64,000 bases of DNA from Chromatiales bacterium. Its GTDB lineage: Bacteria > Pseudomonadota > Gammaproteobacteria > JAGRGH01. Location: NCBI GenBank assembly GCA_020445605.1, contig JAGRGH010000006.1, positions 69,465 to 133,464 on the forward strand, written 5' to 3'. Positions 58,681 through 64,000 of the stretch are shown piece by piece; positions within the stretch are counted from its first letter, which is position 1; the number at the start of each line of letters is the position of its first letter. The notes beneath the pieces were generated by a model that was not told the DNA's origin, searched no databases, and saw nothing but the letters and a program-made list of their open reading frames with translations. The translations under genes and the position numbers were made by a program.

Positions 58681-59847
58681 ATGAACCGGGACAGGCTCAG
58701 ACTGCTGATCATCGGTGCCGGCGGTATCGGGGCGTATTACGCGGCCCGCCTGGTCGACGCCGGCCACCCCGCCACATTGCTCGCCCGCGGCGCGCATCTC
58801 GCGGCAATGCAACGAGGTGGCCTGCGGGTCGAACATCCCGATTTCGGATTCAGCGGTGCGGTCGATGCCCTCGATGCAGACGAACTGCTCACCTCGCGCG
58901 ACGCCGCGGATTTTGATCTCGTTCTGCTGACGACCAAGGCCAACAGCACGGTCGACCTGATGCGGCAGCTGGGGGACTGGATCATGTCCGGCCCGGGGCT
59001 GAGCGTGATGTCCTTGCAGAACGGGATCGATAACGAACCGGCCATCGCGGGCCGGCTCGGCCTGCCCCGCACGCTGGGCGGTCTCGCCGTGCGCATCGGC
59101 GGTCATGTCACGGAACCCGGACATGTAATCGCGACAGGGCCGGCGCAGGTGGTCTGTGGCGCCTGGCCGAACCACCATGCGAATTACGGTGTACCGACTG
59201 AACGGATTCCGGCCGGCGAACTACTGGAGACCGGCGAGCGGGTCCGTTTCACGATCCCGACCGGACACGTGATCGAACTCTATGCACGGAAGACGGCCAC
59301 CGGCGGCACCTTGCCCGCAGTCAATCCCGAGGCATGGTCTCCCGAGGCGGAGCACGGCATCGCGCCGATCCGCATGGACCACATCCTGCTCTATGGCCCG
59401 GATATCGACGGAGCGCACGCCATCTTCCGTGACGTACTCGGCTTCTATCTGGTCGAGCACATCGTCCAGGACGACGAATCAGATCTGGCGATCTGGTTGT
59501 CCTGCTCGATCAAGGCGCACGACATTGCGTTCGTTAAACACGACGAGCCCGGCAAGCTGCATCACATCGCGTTCGTGCTGGAAACCTGGGAAAAGGTGCT
59601 GCGCGCGGCTGACCTGATGTCCATGCATCGCGTACCCATCGACATCGGCCCGACCCGCCACGGCGTGACACGTGGCACCACGATCTATGCGTTCGATCCG
59701 TCGGGCAACCGCTTCGAGACCTACTGCGGTGGCTACCAGCCCTACCCGGACTGGCAACCAACGAAATGGACAATGGAGGAAATCGGCGCGGGCATCTTCT
59801 ATCACAACCGCCAGCTGAACGAAGCGTTCCTCACCGTCCTGACGTAG
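58681..59847 (+). CDS. chimeric protein: ketopantoate-reductase (PanE/ApbA) N-terminal Rossmann domain fused to the catalytic C-terminal domain of a catechol 2,3-dioxygenase-type extradiol dioxygenase
   Basis: Residues 1-~160 LLIIGAGGIGAYYAARL…VLLTTKANST…SLQNGIDNE (ApbA_N); residues ~170-388 align with the XylE catalytic domain (…VRFTIPTGHVIELYA…VNPEAWSPE…IRMDHILLYGPDIDGAHAIFRDVLGFYLVEH…SIKAHDIAFVKH…KLHHIAFVLETWEKVLRAADLMSMHRVPIDIGPTRHGVTRGTTIYAFDPSGNRFETYCGGY…IFYHNRQLNEAFLTVLT); single uninterrupted 388-codon ORF. Confidence 0.75.
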   Translation: MNRDRLRLLIIGAGGIGAYYAARLVDAGHPATLLARGAHLAAMQRGGLRVEHPDFGFSGAVDALDADELLTSRDAADFDLVLLTTKANSTVDLMRQLGDWIMSGPGLSVMSLQNGIDNEPAIAGRLGLPRTLGGLAVRIGGHVTEPGHVIATGPAQVVCGAWPNHHANYGVPTERIPAGELLETGERVRFTIPTGHVIELYARKTATGGTLPAVNPEAWSPEAEHGIAPIRMDHILLYGPDIDGAHAIFRDVLGFYLVEHIVQDDESDLAIWLSCSIKAHDIAFVKHDEPGKLHHIAFVLETWEKVLRAADLMSMHRVPIDIGPTRHGVTRGTTIYAFDPSGNRFETYCGGYQPYPDWQPTKWTMEEIGAGIFYHNRQLNEAFLTVLT

Positions 59848-60012
59848 GAAAATTTCGGCTTGGGGATATGCGCGACGCAGTGGGCGTTTCCTGGCGGTCA
59901 GGGCACAGATCGAGCACGACGGCCCCGTCAGGGCCTGCCGACCGAGCTGTACAACCAGAGCGGCATCAATGAACCGAAGGGGCAGAACTGGCTGCCAATC
60001 AACCGGCCCCCG

Positions 60013-63000
60013 TCATTCTGCTCGATGCTCCAGTTCCGCCTCCAGTCGCTTCTGGATCTGCTTTGGGGAGCCGGTCTTGCGTGCGAACAGCTCATAGGAC
60101 GTCGGCACGACGAACAACGTAAACAGGGTCGCCGCCAGCACACCGTAGAGCACCACCGTGCCGATGACCGCACGGGTTTCGGCGCCAGCCCCTTCTGAGA
60201 TCAGCAGCGGCAACGACCCTGCCGCTGTCGTGATGCCGGTCATGACGATCGGTCTGAAACGCACGCGAGTGGCTTCTATCAGTGCATCGTGCAACTGTTC
60301 CCCCTGATCGCGCAGCTGGTTGGCGAACTCCACGATCAGAATGCCGTTTTTCGCGGCAAGCCCGACCAGCATGATCAGACCGATCTGGCTGTAGACGTTC
60401 AGGGTCTGGTCTGTCAGGTGCAACCCCAGCAGTGCACCTGCCATTGCCAGCGGCACCGTCAGCATGATGACGAGCGGATGTATCCAGCTTTCGAACTGCG
60501 CGGCCAGCACCAGGTACACCACCAACACTCCCATGACCAGCACAAACACGATCGACTGCGCGCTGGTTTTGAAGTCACGCGACTGACCCTTGTAGTCGAC
60601 GATGACCTTCCCGGGCAGATTTTCCGCAACCAGGTTGTCCAGATACTCCAGCGCCTTGCCGAGCGATACGTCATCTTCCAGATTCGCTTCCAGTGTGATA
60701 CTGCGAACCCGGTTGAACCGATTGAGCTTGATGGAGTCCGCCACTTCCTCGAGGGTCACCAGACTCGCCAGTGGAATGAGCTTGCCGCTGCCCTGTGACC
60801 GAACGTACAGGTTGCTGAGATCAGTCGTAGTGCGCTGATCGGAGGCCTCGCCCTCCAGTATGACGTCATACTCCTCACCTTCTTCGATGTATGTGGTCAC
60901 CCGACGCGAGCCAAGCATGGTCTCCAGCGTGCGACCGATCTCACCAACCGTCACACCAAGGTCCGCCGCGCGGTCATAGTCGATCAACACCTGCAACTGC
61001 GGTTTGGTTTCCTTGTAATCCCAGTCCAGACCGACCAGCCCGGGGTTCGACGCGTTGATCCTGTCCAGCAGGATATCGCGCCATTGCACCAGTTCGTCGT
61101 AGGTGCCGCCCCCGATCACGTATTGCACCGGCTTCTGTATACGTGCGCCGAACCCCTGACGCATGACGGGGAACGCGCGCACGCCGGACAAGCCGCTCAG
61201 CCGCTTGCGCACGTCATCCATGATCGCCCAGGCCGAGCGCCGGTCGCGCCAGTCGCTCAGCACATTGATGACGATTCCGCTGTTGAAAATCTCAAAGTTG
61301 CTGAATGTTCTCGGCGCGCGAACCAGCAGCCGCGAGACCTCGCCCGCCTCTACCAGGGGCATCATGCGTCTTTCGATTTCATCCATGTAATCCTTCATGT
61401 AATCGTATGTCGCCCCTTCCGGCCCGTTGACCAGCACAAAGAATGCGCCACGATCCTCCTTCGGGGCATATTCGCTGGGAATCTGTTCGATCAGCCAATA
61501 CGTCGCGTACAGCATGCCGACAAACACCAGGCCAACCACCCACTTGGCCCGCAACGCCACCTTCAGAACGGCGAGGTAACCATTGCGCAGCTTGCCGAAC
61601 ACCACGTCCACACCATGCGCCAGACTGGCCTTGCCCGCATCCTCGGGCATGATCTGTGAAGCCAGCATGGGCGACAGAGACAATGCCACGAAGCTAGAGA
61701 ACGCCACCGCTGCCGCCATGGTCAGCGCAAATTCGGAAAACAGTCGGCCGACATCGCCCTGCAGGAATGCTATCGGTACAAACACCGCAACGAGTACAAC
61801 GGTCGTTGCGATGACGGCGAAGGCGACCTGTCGAGAACCGCGATAGGCGGCGACGAGCCGGCTCTCGCCGTACTGATCCATTCGTCGGTGGATGTTCTCC
61901 AGAACCACGATCGCATCATCCACCACCAGACCGATCGCCAGCACCAATGCCAGCAGGGTCAGAATGTTGATCGAAAAGCCCAGCATCCACAGCACCAGGG
62001 AAGTCGCAATCAATGACACCGGCACGGTCACGGCCGGCACGATGGTCGCGCGAAAACTGCCCAGGAACACAAAGATCACCAGCACCACAAGCCCGATGGC
62101 GATCGACAAGGTTTTGTAGACCTCCTCGATCGCCCCCTTCACAAACACCGAGGTGTCATAGCTCTGCTTTATGGTCATCCCTTCAGGCAGAACGGGATTG
62201 ATCCTGGCCATTTCCGCCTTGGCCGCATCGGCGACGTCAATGGTGTTTGCGGTGGACTGCTTGATGATGCCGATGCCGACCATCGGCACGCCATTTCCGC
62301 GGAAAAACGTGCGCGATTCATCGGAACCTTTCTCAACCCTGGCCACATCCCCCAGCCTGACGAGGTATCCATTCTCACCACGGACGAGCACGAGTCTGGC
62401 GAAATCCTCGGCGTGTTTGAACAGCCGGGAAACCCGCACCGTGAACTGGCGGTCGACCGAGTCCAGACTGCCTGCGGGCAGTTCGAGATTCTCTTCCCGA
62501 AGGGCCTTTTCCACATCCGCCACCGAAAGATTTCTGGCTGCCAGGGCCTTGCGATCCAGCCAGATCCGCATGGCAAAGGTCTGGCCGCCACCGACCCTGA
62601 CACGCGCTACACCATCCAGCACGGAGAAGCGGTCGACCAGATAACGCCTCGCATAGTCGGACAACTCCGGCACGGTCATGCGATCGCTGACCAGGTTCAG
62701 CCACATGATCACATCGTCATTGCTGTCGACTTTCTGGATTTCCGGCGGGTCCGCTTCATCCGGCAGATCCGCCAGCACGGTGGACACCCGGTCCCGAACA
62801 TCATTCGCGGCGCCGTCAAGGTCACGCGACACATCGAATTCAATGGTGATGGCGGATCGTCCATCCTCGCTGGTCGATTCCATGAAACGAATGCCCTCGA
62901 CTCCCGCAAGGCGGTCCTCGATCACTTGCGTGATTCGGCTCTCGATAACGTTCGCCGCCGCGCCGGGGTAGATCGTTTCGACCGAAACCACGGGTGGATC

Positions 63001-63120
63001 GATGTCCGGATACTCGCGCAGTGGCAGCCGATCGAACGCCACCAGACCAAACGCTATGAGGAGGAGCGACATGACCGATGCGAACACCGGTCGGGTGATC
63101 GAAACATCGGAGAGGACCAT
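60013..63120 (-). CDS. RND multidrug efflux transporter permease (HAE1/AcrB family)
   Basis: 1035 aa, 12 TM with two large periplasmic loops; start overlaps the stop of the upstream MFP gene. Confidence 0.95.
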   Translation of the reverse strand: MVLSDVSITRPVFASVMSLLLIAFGLVAFDRLPLREYPDIDPPVVSVETIYPGAAANVIESRITQVIEDRLAGVEGIRFMESTSEDGRSAITIEFDVSRDLDGAANDVRDRVSTVLADLPDEADPPEIQKVDSNDDVIMWLNLVSDRMTVPELSDYARRYLVDRFSVLDGVARVRVGGGQTFAMRIWLDRKALAARNLSVADVEKALREENLELPAGSLDSVDRQFTVRVSRLFKHAEDFARLVLVRGENGYLVRLGDVARVEKGSDESRTFFRGNGVPMVGIGIIKQSTANTIDVADAAKAEMARINPVLPEGMTIKQSYDTSVFVKGAIEEVYKTLSIAIGLVVLVIFVFLGSFRATIVPAVTVPVSLIATSLVLWMLGFSINILTLLALVLAIGLVVDDAIVVLENIHRRMDQYGESRLVAAYRGSRQVAFAVIATTVVLVAVFVPIAFLQGDVGRLFSEFALTMAAAVAFSSFVALSLSPMLASQIMPEDAGKASLAHGVDVVFGKLRNGYLAVLKVALRAKWVVGLVFVGMLYATYWLIEQIPSEYAPKEDRGAFFVLVNGPEGATYDYMKDYMDEIERRMMPLVEAGEVSRLLVRAPRTFSNFEIFNSGIVINVLSDWRDRRSAWAIMDDVRKRLSGLSGVRAFPVMRQGFGARIQKPVQYVIGGGTYDELVQWRDILLDRINASNPGLVGLDWDYKETKPQLQVLIDYDRAADLGVTVGEIGRTLETMLGSRRVTTYIEEGEEYDVILEGEASDQRTTTDLSNLYVRSQGSGKLIPLASLVTLEEVADSIKLNRFNRVRSITLEANLEDDVSLGKALEYLDNLVAENLPGKVIVDYKGQSRDFKTSAQSIVFVLVMGVLVVYLVLAAQFESWIHPLVIMLTVPLAMAGALLGLHLTDQTLNVYSQIGLIMLVGLAAKNGILIVEFANQLRDQGEQLHDALIEATRVRFRPIVMTGITTAAGSLPLLISEGAGAETRAVIGTVVLYGVLAATLFTLFVVPTSYELFARKTGSPKQIQKRLEAELEHRAE

Positions 63121-63122
63121 GC

Positions 63123-64000
63123 CTAGGGTACCGCTGGCGCATTTTTCGGCGCGGACTGCAAGATATCAGCGACTGATCGGGAGCCATCGTCGACGTCTTT
63201 TATCGTTACCGCCGTGCCCGGCCGTACGGAAATGGTTCCGTGAGTGACGACCCGCTCGCCCGCTTTCAGGCCATCCAGAACTTCAACCTCGCCCGGACGG
63301 CGGCCGCCAATGCTGATTTTCCTGCGTTCGGCCTTGTGTCCGTCGCCATTGGGCACGACAACCAGCACGAACTGCTCGCGGCTGACCGGCATCAATGCGG
63401 CTTCGGGGATGGCAAGCGCATCCCGTCGATTGTTGCTGACCGTCACCTGCATCAGCATGCCCGGTTTCAACAAACGCTCTCGGTTGGGCAATAGCGCGCG
63501 AACACGAACCGTACGTGTTACGGGGTCAATCCGGCTGTCCACACCGCTGACCTTGCCGGTGAAGCTGCGATCGGCATAGGCATCCGTGCTCGCAGAGATC
63601 ATCAGACCGGATCTGAGTGAAGCGAGATAAATGCTGGGGACCGACACATCCAGCTTCATGACGCTGTCGTCGTCGAGTGTGGCGATCAGGTCCCCGGGCT
63701 CCACCAGGGCACCGACACTGATGGTTCTCAGGCCAATCACGCCGTCAAAGGGCGCCCTGATCAAGCGATCCGCAAGGCGCGACTCAATGACGGCCAATCG
63801 GGCACGCGCCGTTTCCAGCTCACGCGAGCGCTCGTCCAGAAGGGACTTTGCCGCCGCGCCCGTCGTCTCGAGCGACTTCACGCGGTGATACTGGCGTCGC
63901 GCTTCCTCGACGAGGGCCTTGCCCTCCTCCAGTTGGGCATGCTCCTCGGCCGACGTCATTTCCACCAGAACCTGCCCCTTCGACACGCGAGCGCCATCGT
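63123..64000 (-). CDS. RND efflux periplasmic adaptor (membrane fusion protein), 3' portion; 5' end beyond window
   Basis: Coiled-coil hairpin (…EEARRQYHRVKSLETTGAAAKSLLDERSRELETARARLAVIESRL…), beta-barrel and MP domains; frame open to the window edge. Confidence 0.85.
   Translation of the reverse strand, partial: DGARVSKGQVLVEMTSAEEHAQLEEGKALVEEARRQYHRVKSLETTGAAAKSLLDERSRELETARARLAVIESRLADRLIRAPFDGVIGLRTISVGALVEPGDLIATLDDDSVMKLDVSVPSIYLASLRSGLMISASTDAYADRSFTGKVSGVDSRIDPVTRTVRVRALLPNRERLLKPGMLMQVTVSNNRRDALAIPEAALMPVSREQFVLVVVPNGDGHKAERRKISIGGRRPGEVEVLDGLKAGERVVTHGTISVRPGTAVTIKDVDDGSRSVADILQSAPKNAPAVP

Noticed and set aside
1-64000. CRISPR arrays, IS elements or transposases, integrases, phage genes
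   Set aside because: No regularly spaced direct repeats and no transposase- or integrase-like ORFs were seen. The repeats present are short hairpin-type extragenic elements.

Overview
High-GC (~67-68%) chromosomal segment, most likely from a gammaproteobacterium, densely coded on both strands (~55 CDS); family-level calls rest on manual motif reading without searches (bases are labelled per finding). No rRNA, tRNA, CRISPR array, transposase or phage genes were recognised. In order, the window contains: an LPS-kinase-like gene with a QseBC/PmrAB-like two-component system (TCS); a membrane alpha/beta hydrolase; a second OmpR-type TCS divergent from a secreted protein with a poly-Asp/Glu tail; a porin-like outer-membrane protein; a Bat-type aerotolerance-like operon (DUF58–DUF4381–BatA–BatB/C–BatD) with no MoxR; DAHP synthase; a znu zinc-uptake locus split by FnlA/FnlC-type aminosugar genes (znuA ... 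fnlA-like, fnlC-like, GT4 ... znuCB plus a HIT-like gene); a large O-antigen/EPS-type cluster (five glycosyltransferases including a WecA-like initiating transferase, Wzy, Wzx, a methyltransferase, two SGNH hydrolases, a carbamoyltransferase with SxtJ-like and DUF5989 partners, an RmlD-like reductase and a protein with a PEP-CTERM-like tail); ssb with an MFS transporter divergent from uvrA; prpE–prpB–prpC; and a convergent RND efflux pair (MFP partial at the window end). The most unusual locus is at 50.8–59.8 kb: a B12-binding radical SAM (rSAM) enzyme translationally coupled to an unorthodox hybrid sensor kinase whose only input domain is multi-TM, transcribed divergently from a KAS I/II ketosynthase – HpcH-family aldolase – class I aminotransferase – (PanE-N::catechol-2,3-dioxygenase-C fusion) operon. 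The ~550-bp intergenic region between the two operons is packed with extragenic repeats. One of these is a ~120-bp structured element carrying a GGCAC-N6-GTGCC palindrome, which also sits directly upstream of the distant porin-like gene at 8.5 kb. Two small families of hairpin-containing extragenic repeats (REP/MITE-like) are scattered through the intergenic regions.
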